Below, one piece after another: positions 50,036 to 60,153 of a DNA stretch of 64,000 nucleotides. How positions within the stretch are numbered: position 1 is the stretch's first letter; each line of letters starts with the position of its first letter. A model generated the notes under the pieces. That model ran no database searches, had not been told where the DNA came from, and saw only the letters and a list, made by a program, of their open reading frames with translations. The DNA lies in NCBI GenBank assembly GCA_963695865.1, contig CAVOIW010000004.1, positions 295,320 through 359,319 of the forward strand, given 5' to 3'. Source of the DNA: an uncultured Actinomycetota bacterium (GTDB lineage: Bacteria > Actinomycetota > Actinomycetes > Mycobacteriales > Nakamurellaceae). A program made the translations under genes and the position numbers.

Positions 50036-50311
50036 ATGACGAACGCGGACGACAACTCAGAGCGGACCGATGATCGGACATCGGGCTGGGGTGGCGACAA
50101 GGTGGTACGGGACCACGAGCAGGTAGAGCCCGAAGACGGGCCGGGTTGGAGCGGCGCCAAGGTGGTACGCGACCACGCCGGGGAAGCGGAGGCGGATTCG
50201 GAGGCTGGGTGGAGCGATACCGAGGTGGTGCGCGACCAGGGCGAGAACGCGGACCCGGAGCCCGACGCCGGTTGGAGCGGCACTCAGGTCGCGAAGGACG
50301 AGGGCCTGTAG
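50036..50311 (+). CDS. Small acidic protein made of four tandem ~21-aa GW-x-(K/E)VVRDH repeats
   Basis: ATG 50036 after gagagga. MTNADDNSERTDDRTSGWGGDKVVRDHEQVEPEDGPGWSGAKVVRDHAGEAEADSEAGWSDTEVVRDQGENADPEPDAGWSGTQVAKDEGL. The DNA shows about 63-bp tandem units from 50084 onward. Confidence 0.55.
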   Translation: MTNADDNSERTDDRTSGWGGDKVVRDHEQVEPEDGPGWSGAKVVRDHAGEAEADSEAGWSDTEVVRDQGENADPEPDAGWSGTQVAKDEGL

Positions 50312-50342
50312 GTCTACTCCCGATCGCGGTGCGTCGCGTCGG

Positions 50343-51140
50343 TCAGGGCGCCTGACAGGTTGGGCACCAGAACAGGTTGCGTCCCACCAGTTCCGCAGTC
50401 GCGATCGGCGTTCTACACACTCGGCAGGGTTGTCCGGTGCGGCGGTAGACGTAGCCTGCTTCCGCCCTGGACAGCGGTCCACGCCGTCGCGGCCGGTGCT
50501 CGTCGCGCACCGTCTCTATCCGGCCGGTGCGAACGCCGGCGCGCATCAGGGTCACCAGGTCAGCCCACATCGCGAGCCACAGGTCTTCCTCGACCAATCG
50601 GCCGGGGCGGAACGGGTCGAGTCGGTGGCGGAACAGGATCTCCGCCCGATACACGTTGCCGATACCCGCCAGCACGGTCTGGTCCATCAGCAGAGCTGCT
50701 ATGACCACCCGGCTGCGGGAGATCTTCCGGTAGGCGAGGCCGGCATCGCTGCCGGCCCTGATCGGATCGGGCCCCAACCGCCGGCGCAGCGCATCCACCG
50801 CCTCCGGATCCATCAGTTCGCAGGCAGTGGGGCCACGAAGGTCACTCCAGGCATCCTCGGTCACCATGCGGAGGCGAAGCGCCCCTTTGGGTTCGGGTGG
50901 CTCGTGCGAGCCGGTGATGAAGGACCCGTAGAGGCCGAGATGCACGTGGAGGGCCGGGGCGTCCTGGTAGTGCTGGAACAGATGCTTGCCGTACGCCTCG
51001 ACCCGCAGCAGGCGTCGACCGTCGAGCACTTCGGCGCCTTGGGCGAAGCGTCCCTGCGGGCTGGACAACGTGATGATCCGGCCGCCGAACACTTTTTGCT
51101 GCGCACGGGCGAGGCGATGCAGGGTATGGCCCTCAGGCAT
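50343..51140 (-). CDS. nei: Fpg/Nei family DNA glycosylase (endonuclease VIII-like)
   Basis: Intact 265-aa ORF. MPEGHTLHRLA has the N-terminal catalytic Pro. The H2TH region is present, and the C-terminal zinc finger is CRVCRTPIATAELVGRNLFWCPTCQ. Confidence 0.9.
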   Translation of the reverse strand: MPEGHTLHRLARAQQKVFGGRIITLSSPQGRFAQGAEVLDGRRLLRVEAYGKHLFQHYQDAPALHVHLGLYGSFITGSHEPPEPKGALRLRMVTEDAWSDLRGPTACELMDPEAVDALRRRLGPDPIRAGSDAGLAYRKISRSRVVIAALLMDQTVLAGIGNVYRAEILFRHRLDPFRPGRLVEEDLWLAMWADLVTLMRAGVRTGRIETVRDEHRPRRRGPLSRAEAGYVYRRTGQPCRVCRTPIATAELVGRNLFWCPTCQAP

Positions 51141-51308
51141 CGAAGTCCGAACTGATCACGACCGCACTGTACGGCGACCACCGACGGCGGGCGTATCAGC
51201 GAACCACCTCCGCCGCTCCTGTGCACACACCGGGCAGGTCCCGCGCGCACTCCGCGCCGGTATCGATCCGCCACCCGTCCGCCCGAAAGAGATGACCAGG
51301 AGCAGGCC

Positions 51309-51947
51309 ATGTTCGCGCCGACATCTGCCAGGGTCGAACCCGCGCCCTTCCCGACCGGCGCGGAGATCCCGTCTCCAGCCACCACCCGCTGGTTCGTCGA
51401 TGCGTTCCGTTCCACCCTGCGGGTGTCGGTCAAGGTCGGGCTGCTGACCGTGCATGGCACGTTCCCGGATGTGACCGGCCACGTCGAACTCGCGGGAGAT
51501 CCGCTCGCGAGCCGGGTGGCGGTGAGCGTGCGCACCGCTTCCCTGACCAGTGGAAGCGCCTGCATGGATTCACTTCTGCACGGTGCCGGCATCCTGGACA
51601 GCGCCAGGAACCCGCTGATCAGGTTCGAGTCAACCGGCCTGCAGCGACGTCCGCGGGGTCAGTGGCTCCTTCGCGGCCTGCTGGCGACGGACAGCGCGAC
51701 TCTCGACGTGACTCTCGAGATGAGCGAACCGGTCCAGCAGGGCGGCACGTACCTGTTCCGGGCCAGCGGAGTGCTGCGATCCGGGGACGCAACTCGATTG
51801 CTCGCCCGGAACGGGGTGCAGCGGGTGCTGGGCAAGACGATGAAACTGGACCTGACCGTGTCGGCCGTCCCGCGGGAGGCCATCACCCCGGGTGAGCTGT
51901 TCTGCGATCATCGACGAATGCGCTGCCATCCGCGGGCCGAGCCATGA
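51309..51947 (+). CDS. YceI-like family protein
   Basis: Intact 212-aa ORF. ...WFVDAFRSTLRVSVKVGLLTVHGTFPDVTGHVEL... is the YceI-like beta-barrel pattern. Confidence 0.7.
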   Translation: MFAPTSARVEPAPFPTGAEIPSPATTRWFVDAFRSTLRVSVKVGLLTVHGTFPDVTGHVELAGDPLASRVAVSVRTASLTSGSACMDSLLHGAGILDSARNPLIRFESTGLQRRPRGQWLLRGLLATDSATLDVTLEMSEPVQQGGTYLFRASGVLRSGDATRLLARNGVQRVLGKTMKLDLTVSAVPREAITPGELFCDHRRMRCHPRAEP

Positions 51948-52417
51948 CGACGGCATCCGGCTCGGGACGGATCGATCTTCCCCTGCGGGTGACCGACGCG
52001 TTGACCATCGGTCTCGACGAGCTCGATTGGCGTTTCTCCCGTTCGTCCGGTCCCGGTGGCCAGGGCGTGAACACGGCCGACAGCCGGGTCGAACTGCTCT
52101 GGAGTCCGGCCGACTCGCCGGCCGTGGCCGGTCTTCCGGTCCACTTGCGGACCCGTCTGCTGGATCGGCTGGAACCCCAGCTGGTGAACGGGTCGATCGT
52201 CGTCGTGGTCTCCGACCATCGGGCCCAACTGCGGAACCGGGAGCAGGCCCGCCGCCGGCTGGCTGAGATCCTGAGATCCGCGCTGGCGCCCGCACCGGCC
52301 GCCCGACGCCCCAGCAGACCGACCCGTGGTTCTATCGAGCGGCGGTTGGCCGGCAAGAAGGCCAGGTCGGCCCTCAAGGCATCCCGATCGGGCCGGCCTG
52401 GACCGCAGGGCGACTGA
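51944..52417 (+). CDS. arfB: Alternative ribosome-rescue factor ArfB (peptidyl-tRNA hydrolase, class I release-factor GGQ domain)
   Basis: ATGA overlap with the YceI stop. ...SRSSGPGGQGVNTADSRVELLW... is the GGQ motif. The C-terminal basic tail is ...RRPSRPTRGSIERRLAGKKARSALKASRSGR. Confidence 0.85.
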   Translation: MTTASGSGRIDLPLRVTDALTIGLDELDWRFSRSSGPGGQGVNTADSRVELLWSPADSPAVAGLPVHLRTRLLDRLEPQLVNGSIVVVVSDHRAQLRNREQARRRLAEILRSALAPAPAARRPSRPTRGSIERRLAGKKARSALKASRSGRPGPQGD

Positions 52418-52510
52418 GTGTCCGGGGCGACGGAACGACCGACAAAGCTGGAGGGGAGCGCCGACCACCTAAGCTCCGCAGCAGTGGTGACGGCATCGAG
52501 AGGAACGAAG

Positions 52511-53610
52511 ATGTGGTCGGCGATCAGCGGCGCCTTCAGCCGGGTTCTCCGTCGGCCGATCGTCCGGCACGGCATCAAGTCCTTCGAGCGGTTCAGCGCC
52601 CGGCTGGGCTGGCAGTTCGCCGGAGCGCTCACCTACTTCTCCTTGCTGGCGCTCGTCCCCATCCTGATGGTCGCCTTCTCCGTCGCCGGGTTCGTGCTCG
52701 CGTCCCGTCCGGCGACGCCTCCAGGCGTTGGAGGACTCCATCGTTTCCCTGCTGCCCACCTCGTCAGACATGGCCGATGAGGTCAACACGGTGCTCAACA
52801 GCGCGATCGACGCCCGTCTGACCGTCGGCCTTCTCGGACTGGGCATTGCGCTCTACACGGGTATCAGCTGGATGGGCAATCTGCGGAGTGCGATCCAGGC
52901 GATGTGGCGCCCGGACTTCGACTCGGAGCAGGAGATCGCCGCCGAGCCGCTGTGGCGGTACTACCTGAAGAATCTCGGCTACCTGGCGACTCTGGGAGTG
53001 GGTGTGGCTCTATCCCTCGGACTGACCACCATTGGCACCAACGCCCAGGCCACCGTGTTGGACTGGCTGGGACTGAGCGATGCGAGCTGGGTGGCGCCGC
53101 TGGTCACGGCCGGGCCCATCGTGCTGGCGACCATTGCCGACACAGCGCTGTTCATGGCGCATCTACTGGTTCATCCCGCCGAAGGCATACCGACCCCGCC
53201 GGAAACCGCTGGTCCGGGGGGCCGTCACGGCGGCGGTGGGATTCGAGCTGCTCAAGTTCGGGCTCACCTATCTGCTGCCACAGCTGCTGACGTCGCCCAC
53301 CGCAAAGATCTTCGGTCCGATCATCGGGCTGCTGATCTTCTTCAACGCCACGGCGACCGTGGTGCTGTTCGTGGCCGCCTGGATCGCCACGGCGGCGGGG
53401 AGCCGGTCCGCCGAGCACCCGCGGCCCTACGTCCGCTCACCGCACGGGGCGCGTATCCACCGTCGTGCCGCTGCCAACAGGGTGCTGCTGTCGGCCAGCA
53501 GTCTCGAGGAGCTCGACCGGGTCGCCGAAGCACACGGCACCAGCAGGGATCAGCTGATCCGGACGGCGGTCGCCAGATATCTGGCAGCACCGGACGATCC
53601 AACATCCTGA
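52511..53610 (+). pseudogene. YihY/BrkB (virulence-factor BrkB / RNase-BN-like) family membrane protein, with two frame changes
   Basis: Frame 2 from ATG 52511 reads MWSAISGAFSRVLRRPIVRHGIKSFERFSARLGWQFAGALTYFSLLALVPILMVAFSVAGFVLASRP. From about 52718 (extra c in acgcctcc) frame 0 reads LQALEDSIVSLLPTSSDMADEVNTVLNSAIDARLTVGLLGLGIALYTGISWMGNLRSAIQAMWRPDFDSEQ...ADTALFMA. From about 53163 (extra c in gcgcatc) frame 1 reads IYWFIPPKAYRPRRKPLVRGAVTAAVGFELLKFGLTYLLPQLLTSPTAKIFGPIIGLLIFFNATATVVLFVAAWIA..., stop 53608-53610. Confidence 0.75.
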
Positions 53611-53659
53611 CCAGCAGGGGCCGTTTGGGGCCGGGATGGTTGGTGAAATGAGCACAGTC

Positions 53660-55135
53660 ATGGGGCTGCCGTCACGTCGCTGGTTGTTCGGCGATCAACT
53701 CGGTCCTCACTTCCTGGACGACCCGGACCAGCCGGTGCTGATGATCGAATCCCGGGCGGTCTTCGCCCGTCGACGCTTTCATCGCCAGAAGGCCCACCTG
53801 GTTCTGTCCGCCATGCGACACCGGGCTGCCGAACTGGGCGAGCGATGCGAGTACGTCGCGGCGGCGACCTACCGGGAGGCGGTCAGTGGGCCGTTGAGCG
53901 TCTGCCATCCGACCAGCCGCGGCGCGCTGAAGTTCGTCGCGGGACTGACCGACGTCGACGTGCTCCCGGCGCGCGGATTTGCCAGCAGCGCCGCGGAGTT
54001 CGAGCAGTGGGCGTCCGCCCGGGGTGGTCGGCGACTGTTGCTGGAGGACTTCTACCGGGACGCCAGGCGACGCCTCGGCATCCTGATGGACGGCGACGAA
54101 CCAGTCGGGGGCCGGTGGAACTACGACGCCGAGAACCGTGAACCAGCCCCGAAGTCGGGCTCGCTCGCGGTACCGGAACCGTGGTGGCCGACCGAGGACG
54201 ACATCGACGAACAGGTGCGGCACGACTTGGACCGCTGGGAGCGGGATGGCGACGTGTCGTTCATCGGTGTGGACGGCCCGCGCCGGTTCGCCGCGACGCG
54301 AGCCGAGGCACTGGCGGCAATGCGGCACTTCCTCACCGAACGTCTCGACGCCTTCGGCCCTCACGAGGACGCGATGCTGGCCGGCGACTCCTGGCTGGCT
54401 CACTCACTGCTCTCGGCGCCGCTCAATCTCGGGCTGTTGGACCCGGTCGAAGTGGTGACCGCCGCCGAGCAGGTGTACCGCGACGGGCAGGCACGGATCG
54501 CCTCGGTCGAAGGCTTCGTCCGGCAGATCATCGGCTGGCGCGACTATGTCTGGCATCTGTACTGGCAACAGCCCCCGTCGTACCGCGACCGCAATTTTCT
54601 GAGCGCGGACCATCCGGTACCCGGATGGTTCGCCGAGCTGGATGCCGACAGCGTCGAAGCCCGCTGCCTGTCCGGCGTCCTGCGCGACGTCCGCGACCAC
54701 GGCTGGGTCCATCACATTCCCCGACTGATGGTGCTCGGGAACTATGCGATGCAACATGGTTGGCGTCCGGCCGAGGTCACCGACTGGTTCCATCGCGCGT
54801 TCGTCGACGGGTACGACTGGGTGATGGTGCCGAATGTCGTCGGCATGTCGCAATATGCCGACGGTGGCGTGATGGCCACCAAGCCCTACGCGGGCGGCGG
54901 CTCCTACATCGACCGGATGAGCGATTACTGCGGCGACTGCCGCTACCGACCGAAGGTGCGCGTCGGTGAGGAGGCGTGTCCGTACACGGCCGGCTACTGG
55001 GCTTTTCTCGCCCGCAATCGCGGGATTCTGGCCGGCAATCACCGGCTGGCGCAGCCACTTCGCGGCCTCGACCGGTTGGCCGACCTCGAGGATCTGCTGG
55101 CGCAGGAGCGCGCGAGAGGCGAACGGGCACCCTGA
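53660..55135 (+). CDS. Cryptochrome/photolyase-family protein of the iron-sulfur bacterial type (FeS-BCP; PhrB-like (6-4) photolyase or CryB)
   Basis: ORF 53636..55135 is intact at 499 aa; likely start ATG 53660 (MGLPSRRWLFGDQL). FAD-binding photolyase region ...HIPRLMVLGNYAMQHGWRPAEVTDWFHRAFVDGYDWVMVPNVVGMSQYADGG... The C-terminal four-Cys block is RMSDYCGDCRYRPKVRVGEEACPYTAGYWAF. Confidence 0.8.
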   Translation: MGLPSRRWLFGDQLGPHFLDDPDQPVLMIESRAVFARRRFHRQKAHLVLSAMRHRAAELGERCEYVAAATYREAVSGPLSVCHPTSRGALKFVAGLTDVDVLPARGFASSAAEFEQWASARGGRRLLLEDFYRDARRRLGILMDGDEPVGGRWNYDAENREPAPKSGSLAVPEPWWPTEDDIDEQVRHDLDRWERDGDVSFIGVDGPRRFAATRAEALAAMRHFLTERLDAFGPHEDAMLAGDSWLAHSLLSAPLNLGLLDPVEVVTAAEQVYRDGQARIASVEGFVRQIIGWRDYVWHLYWQQPPSYRDRNFLSADHPVPGWFAELDADSVEARCLSGVLRDVRDHGWVHHIPRLMVLGNYAMQHGWRPAEVTDWFHRAFVDGYDWVMVPNVVGMSQYADGGVMATKPYAGGGSYIDRMSDYCGDCRYRPKVRVGEEACPYTAGYWAFLARNRGILAGNHRLAQPLRGLDRLADLEDLLAQERARGERAP

Positions 55136-55184
55136 TGACGGGGGTCGGTGTTCCGACCTGTCCCGGGTGGGGTAAGAAACCAGC

Positions 55185-56169
55185 ATGGAGCAACGCACAC
55201 TCGGCCGCACCGGCCGCAAGATATCGGTCATCGGATTGGGCACCTGGCAGCTCGGTGCCGACTGGGGTGATGTCGACGAGAACGACGCCCTTGCCGTGCT
55301 GAGCGCCGCCGTCGCCGAGGGAGTCAATTTCTTCGACACCGCGGATGTCTACGGCGACGGTCGCAGCGAGCAGTTGATCGGCCGGTACCTGCGGGAGAAT
55401 CCGGGTGAAGACATCTTCGTCGCCACCAAGATGGGCCGGCGGATGGACCAGCTTCCGGAGAACTACGTGCTCGAGAACTTCCGCACGTGGACGGACCGCT
55501 CGCGGACGAACCTGGGAGTGGACCGACTGGATCTGGTGCAGTTGCATTGCCCGCCGACCCCGGTCTTCTCCTCCGATGCCGTCTACGACGCGCTTGACAC
55601 GCTGGTCGCCGAGGACCGGATCGCCAACTACGGGGTGAGCGTCGAAACCTGCGACGAGGCGTTGGCCGCCATCGCCCGCCCCGGCACGGCGAGCGTGCAG
55701 ATCATCCTCAATGCCTTCCGGCTCAAGCCCTTGGAGCAGGTGCTGCCGGCCGCGGTCGAGGCTGGGGTCGGCATCATCGCCCGGGTGCCGTTGGCCTCCG
55801 GGTTGCTCTCCGGCCGGTACACGACCAGTTCGACCTTCGCGGCCGACGATCACCGGAATTACAACCGTCACGGTGAGGCGTTCGACGTCGGCGAGACCTT
55901 CTCCGGTGTCGACTTCGCGGTCGGTGTGCAGGCGGCGCAGGAATTCGCCGCCCTGATGCCGCCCGGCGTCTCACCGGCGCAGGGTGCCCTGCGGTGGATC
56001 ATCCAGCAGGACGGCGTCACTTCGGCGATTCCCGGCGCCCGGAATCAGCGAGCAGGCCGCCAAGAACGCCTCCGCCGCGGCGATTCCGGCGCTTCCGGAC
56101 GAGACGCTGCAACAGATCTCGGATCTGTACGACGCCAAGATCCGGCCACAGGTCCACGACCGCTGGTAG
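55185..56169 (+). pseudogene. Aldo/keto reductase family oxidoreductase, with one frame change near 56040
   Basis: Frame 0 reads MEQRTLGRTGRKISVIGLGTWQLGADWGDVDENDALAVLSAAVAEGVNFFDTADVYGDGRSEQLIGRYL...LVQLHCP... through ...VTSAIPGARN. After a +1 shift frame 1 reads EQAAKNASAAAIPALPDETLQQISDLYDAKIRPQVHDRW, stop 56167-56169. Confidence 0.8.
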
Positions 56170-56205
56170 CAACAACGCTGCTTGGCCTGTTCGGGGAGGG
56201 ATGAG

Positions 56206-56640
56206 ATGGACGACCCATTCGACCTCGAGCGTTTCGTGGTCGCGCAGGACGCAGGCGGCGCCATCGAGAGGGCACTCGACGAGCTTCGCCACGGCCGGAA
56301 GGCGAGCCACTGGATGTGGTTCGTCTTCCCGCAGATCGCCGGCCTTGGGTCCAGCGAGATGGCGCAGCGGTATGCGATCTCGTCCCTGGACGAGGCGAGA
56401 TCGTATCTGGAGCACCCCGTGCTGCGGCCGCGGTTGCTCGGAGGCGGCCGAGATCGTGGCCCAGACCCAGGGTTCCACCGCCGAACGGATCTTCGGATCC
56501 GTCGACGCACAGAAATTGCGGTCCTGCATGACGCTGTTCCTGCGCGCGGCGCCGGTGGAGCCAGTCTTCAGCAAGGTGCTGGGCCTGTTCTTCGACGGCG
56601 TTCCGGATCGGAAGACGGACGAGTTGCTGGACATCACCTG
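56206..56640 (+). pseudogene. DUF1810 domain protein, with one frame change near 56440
   Basis: ATG 56206 after ggggaggg. Frame 1 reads MDDPFDLERFVVAQDAGGAIERALDELRHGRKASHWMWFVFPQIAGLGSSEMAQRYAISSLDEARSYLEHPVLRPRLL. After a +1 shift (extra g in ctcggaggc) frame 2 reads EAAEIVAQTQGSTAERIFGSVDAQKLRSCMTLFLRAAPVEPVFSKVLGLFFDGVPDRKTDELLDIT, stop 56638-56640. Confidence 0.75.
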
Positions 56641-56661
56641 AGCGGCCGGTCAACGGGCCGG

Positions 56662-57610
56662 TCAGCCCTTGATCGCGCCGCCGAGACCGGAGCCGCGCAG
56701 AAACGAGCGCTGGAAGACGATGAAACCGGCGATGGGAACGATGGTCGCGATCAGCAGCGCCGCCAGGAACGTGCCCAGGTCGGTCTGCGGTTCGATCGCC
56801 GGCAGTCGCACCGACAAGGGCTGCTCGTCTGGGTTGGTCAGCACCAGCAGCGGCCAGAGGAAATCCTTCCAACTCGCCAGCACCGCGAACACCGAGACGA
56901 CGCCCGAGAATGGGCTTGGACATCGGCAGCACGATGGAGAAGAACAAGCGGAACGCCCCGGCTCCGTCCACCCGCGCCGCCTCGAATATCTCGCGCGGCA
57001 GATTGTCGAAGAACCGTTTCACAATCACGACGTTGAACGCGCTGGCCCCGGCGGGCAGCCAGATGGCCCAGTAACTGTCGATGAACGAAGTGTGTAGCAG
57101 CGGAGGATGGACGATCTCGATGTAGAGCGGGACCAGCAGCACCACCGGCGGGATGAAAAGGGTGGCCAACACCAGTCCGGTGATGACATTGGCATATCTG
57201 GGTCGCAACACAGACAATGCGAATCCGGCGGTGGTCGCCACCAGGAGTTGAGACAGCCAGGCGCCCAAGGCGAGCACGACGGTGTTCCAGAAATAGACGC
57301 CGATCTTCACGTTGAACCACGCGTCGTACAGATTGTGCCAATCGGTGCCATGAGGAAATAGCGCCATCGGTTGTTGGAGTGTGTCGATGGTCGGCGTGAT
57401 GGCCGACTTCGCCAACCACAGCATGGGTCCGAGACCAGCCACTATCAGAAGCGCCAGCAGCATCATCTGCGTTCCGCCGATGCCGAAGCGAACGCTCGGT
57501 CGCTGCCAGTCGGTCGACGAGATGACCGCCTGTTCGGTCGCTTCGTTCCTGCGGCGCTTGACCTTCGGGCCGGCCGCCATCGGCTCGGCCACCACAATCG
57601 ATTCTGTCAC
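56662..57610 (-). pseudogene. Sugar ABC-transporter permease (MalG-like), with one frame change near 56895
   Basis: Minus-strand ORF 56045..57610 carries MTESIVVAEPMAAGPKVKRRR...LLIVAGLGPMLWLAKSAITPT...EAARVDGAGAFRLFFSIVLPMSKPILG. It then continues in the frame of ORF 56662..56892: FAVLASWKDFLWPLLVLTNPDEQPLSVRLPAIEP...VFQRSFLRGSGLGGAIKG. Confidence 0.75.
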
Positions 57611-58579
57611 GAGGTGCTCCAGGAACGAGTGACGCGGAGATAGATCATCGACATCAGGCCGAGGAAGACGGCCAACATCAGACTCAGAGCGGTCGCGCTG
57701 CCGTAGTCGCCGCCGAGGCTGTTGCCGAATGCGTAGTTGTAGATCATGAGCAGGATCGTCATGGTGGAGTTGCTGGGCCCGCCCGCGGTGAACAGGTAGG
57801 GCTCCAGGAAAACCTGTGCCGTGCCGATGATCTGCAGGATCATCGTCAGCAACAACACACCCCGCAGCTGCGGCATGGTGATGTGCCAGATCTTGTTCCA
57901 GATCGTTGCGCCGTCGACACCGGCGGCCTCGTACAGTTCGCGATTAACGCCGGTGATCGCCGCGAGGTAGATGATCACCGTTGCGCCGGCGTTGGCCCAT
58001 GTCGATTCGAGCACGAGGGATGGCATGGCGGTGGATCGGGGACTGCAGCCATGGGTACGGGCCGAGATGCACCCATCCCAGGATGGTGTTGAAGACGCCC
58101 GTCGGGCTGGGGTCGTAGAAGGTCTTCCACAGCAGCACGGCCACCACCGGCGGAATCACCACTGGGAGATAGGCCAGAACACTGAAAACCCCGCGGTAGC
58201 GCCGCACCTCGCTCATCAGCACGGCGGCGACGAGCGGAATCGGGTAGCCGAAGATCAGCGCCAGCAGCGCAAAGTACGCCGTGTTTCTGATGGCGATCGG
58301 CAACAGCGGATCATCCAGCACATTGCTGAAGTTCTGCCATCCCACCCAGGTCGCCGGCCGCACCAGGTTGGTGTGCTGGAACGACATGGTGACGGTGCGG
58401 ACGATCGGGTACCAGGAGAAGGCACCGAAGGTGAAGAGCATCGGCAACAGGAAGACGACCGTCGTCAGGCCGCCGCCTTTGACCCAGCTGGCCGGAGTGC
58501 GCCGCGGGCGTGAAGTCGCCTGGCGCCCTGTCGTCATCGTTTCGTTGGACACTGTCGACGCGGCAGCCGGGGAGTCCAT
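57607..58579 (-). pseudogene. Sugar ABC-transporter permease (MalF-like), with one frame change near 58020
   Basis: ORF 57944..58621 carries MDSPAAASTVSNETMTTGRQ...LTTVVFLLPMLFTFGAFSWYPIVRTVTMSFQHTNLVRPATWVGWQNFSNVLDDPLL...VFNTILGWV. It continues in the frame of ORF 57607..58026: PSLVLESTWANAGATVIIYLAAITGVNRELYEAAGVDGATIWNKIWHITMPQLRGVLLLTMILQIIGTAQVF... The exact start is uncertain (58579 or 58537). Confidence 0.7.
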
Positions 58580-58617
58580 GCGGAGTTCCCCGGCTGCCGG
58601 CCGGTCCGATCTGACCG

Positions 58618-60153
58618 TCACTTGCCTTGGGAGATCAGGCCTTGCGCCTGGTCGTTGGCCGCGGAAAGCAGCTGCTTGATGTCAGCGTTCTTGTTGGTCA
58701 GTACGGCCTGCACCACGGGATCCAGTGAGTGGTAAACGCTCTGGGTCGATGCCGCAGGCTCGGCGGCGAGGGTCTGGTTGAAGATGTTGTTCGTGTATCC
58801 CGTCATCTGCTCGACGGGCACGTTGATGTACGGCTTGATCCAGGTGTTGGCGAGGTCGTACTGCTCCTTGTTGAACACCGGGAGCGCCGGAACGCCGACC
58901 GGCTGCTTGGACGCGATCAGGGTCTTCGCGTTACGCACGGCCTGCTGCTCGTTGACGAGCGGCTGCTCGTAGAAGAAATCGATCCACTTGACGGCGGCCG
59001 CCACCTCGTCCGGGTTGGCATCGGGCTTGACCGCCGCGAGAGTGCCTCCGCCCAGGACTGCCGCCTGGGCGCTGTCACCGACCGGGATCGTGGTCAGGCC
59101 ATACATCTTCGGATTCAGGTTGGCCGACTGCACGAGGTTCGTGTAGACGTCGGAGCCACTGACGTACATGCCCACCTTGCCGGCAACAAAGGCCTGGTTG
59201 ATATCGCTCCAGCCGTAGTCCTGAGTCGCTCCCATCGAATTGTCCGTCCAGCGCATGGTCTTCAGGGCATTCAAGGCGGCGACCGTCTGCGGGTTGTCGA
59301 GGGTGGCCTTGGCAGTCTTTCCCGTCCCGGTCTCCATCCGGCCGCCGAGCGAGTACGCGAGGGTGGTCAGAATCCAGCCCGCGGTGTTGTCGTTCTTGCC
59401 CATCTCGGCGTAGCCGGCCATTCCGGTCTTGGCGGTGATCGCCTTGGCGTCCGCCTGGACCTGGGCCCAGGTGGTCGGCGGCTTGTCGGGGTCGAGGCCG
59501 GCCTTGGTGAACAGGTCACGGTTGTAGTGCAGCGCCTGCGCGTAGGCGGCAGTCGGAACCGCAATGATCTTGCCGGAGGAGTCGGTGCCCTCCGCGATCA
59601 CGGCCGGGTTGTACTTGCTGTAGTACGGAAGCGCCTTGACCTGCGAGGTCAGATCGGCCAGCTGACCGTTGTCACCCAGTGTCCGACCGTCGGTGAACGG
59701 CACCGTGAACACGGTCGGAAGCGTTCCGGCGGCGAGCTTGGCCGCGAAAGTCGGTCCCGTCCACTGGTATTCGACGCCCTGCACGGTGATGCTCGGATTG
59801 GCCAGCTCGAATTCCTTGATCTGGTTGTTGAACTGGGTCTTCGCCTCGGCCGTCATACCGGGGATGAGGGAGGCAACGCTGATCGTCACCGGCTTGCCCG
59901 CGGGCGAGCTGGGCGCCGAACTGGCCGCGGCGGACGCGCTGGGCGCGGTGGACGCGCTGGCCGCGGTACTGCTTGCAGCGCTGCTCGGCGCGGCCGGACT
60001 GCTGACGGGGGCGGCAGCACTGGCAGCCGCGGGACTTGGCGACGCGCTGCTGACCGAGCTCTGGTTTGCACTGTTGCTGCTACTGCTGCAGCCGGCCACG
60101 AGACATGCCGTGGCGAGGACGGCGATGGTGGCGCCGGTGCGCTTGAACTTCAT
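58618..60153 (-). CDS. Sugar ABC-transporter substrate-binding lipoprotein with long Ser/Ala-rich linker
   Basis: Intact 511-aa ORF. ATG after aaaggagaag. Signal plus lipobox MKFKRTGATIAVLATACLVAGC, then about 70 aa of S/A/P-rich low complexity, then a CUT1-type SBP fold. Confidence 0.85.
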   Translation of the reverse strand: MKFKRTGATIAVLATACLVAGCSSSSNSANQSSVSSASPSPAAASAAAPVSSPAAPSSAASSTAASASTAPSASAAASSAPSSPAGKPVTISVASLIPGMTAEAKTQFNNQIKEFELANPSITVQGVEYQWTGPTFAAKLAAGTLPTVFTVPFTDGRTLGDNGQLADLTSQVKALPYYSKYNPAVIAEGTDSSGKIIAVPTAAYAQALHYNRDLFTKAGLDPDKPPTTWAQVQADAKAITAKTGMAGYAEMGKNDNTAGWILTTLAYSLGGRMETGTGKTAKATLDNPQTVAALNALKTMRWTDNSMGATQDYGWSDINQAFVAGKVGMYVSGSDVYTNLVQSANLNPKMYGLTTIPVGDSAQAAVLGGGTLAAVKPDANPDEVAAAVKWIDFFYEQPLVNEQQAVRNAKTLIASKQPVGVPALPVFNKEQYDLANTWIKPYINVPVEQMTGYTNNIFNQTLAAEPAASTQSVYHSLDPVVQAVLTNKNADIKQLLSAANDQAQGLISQGK

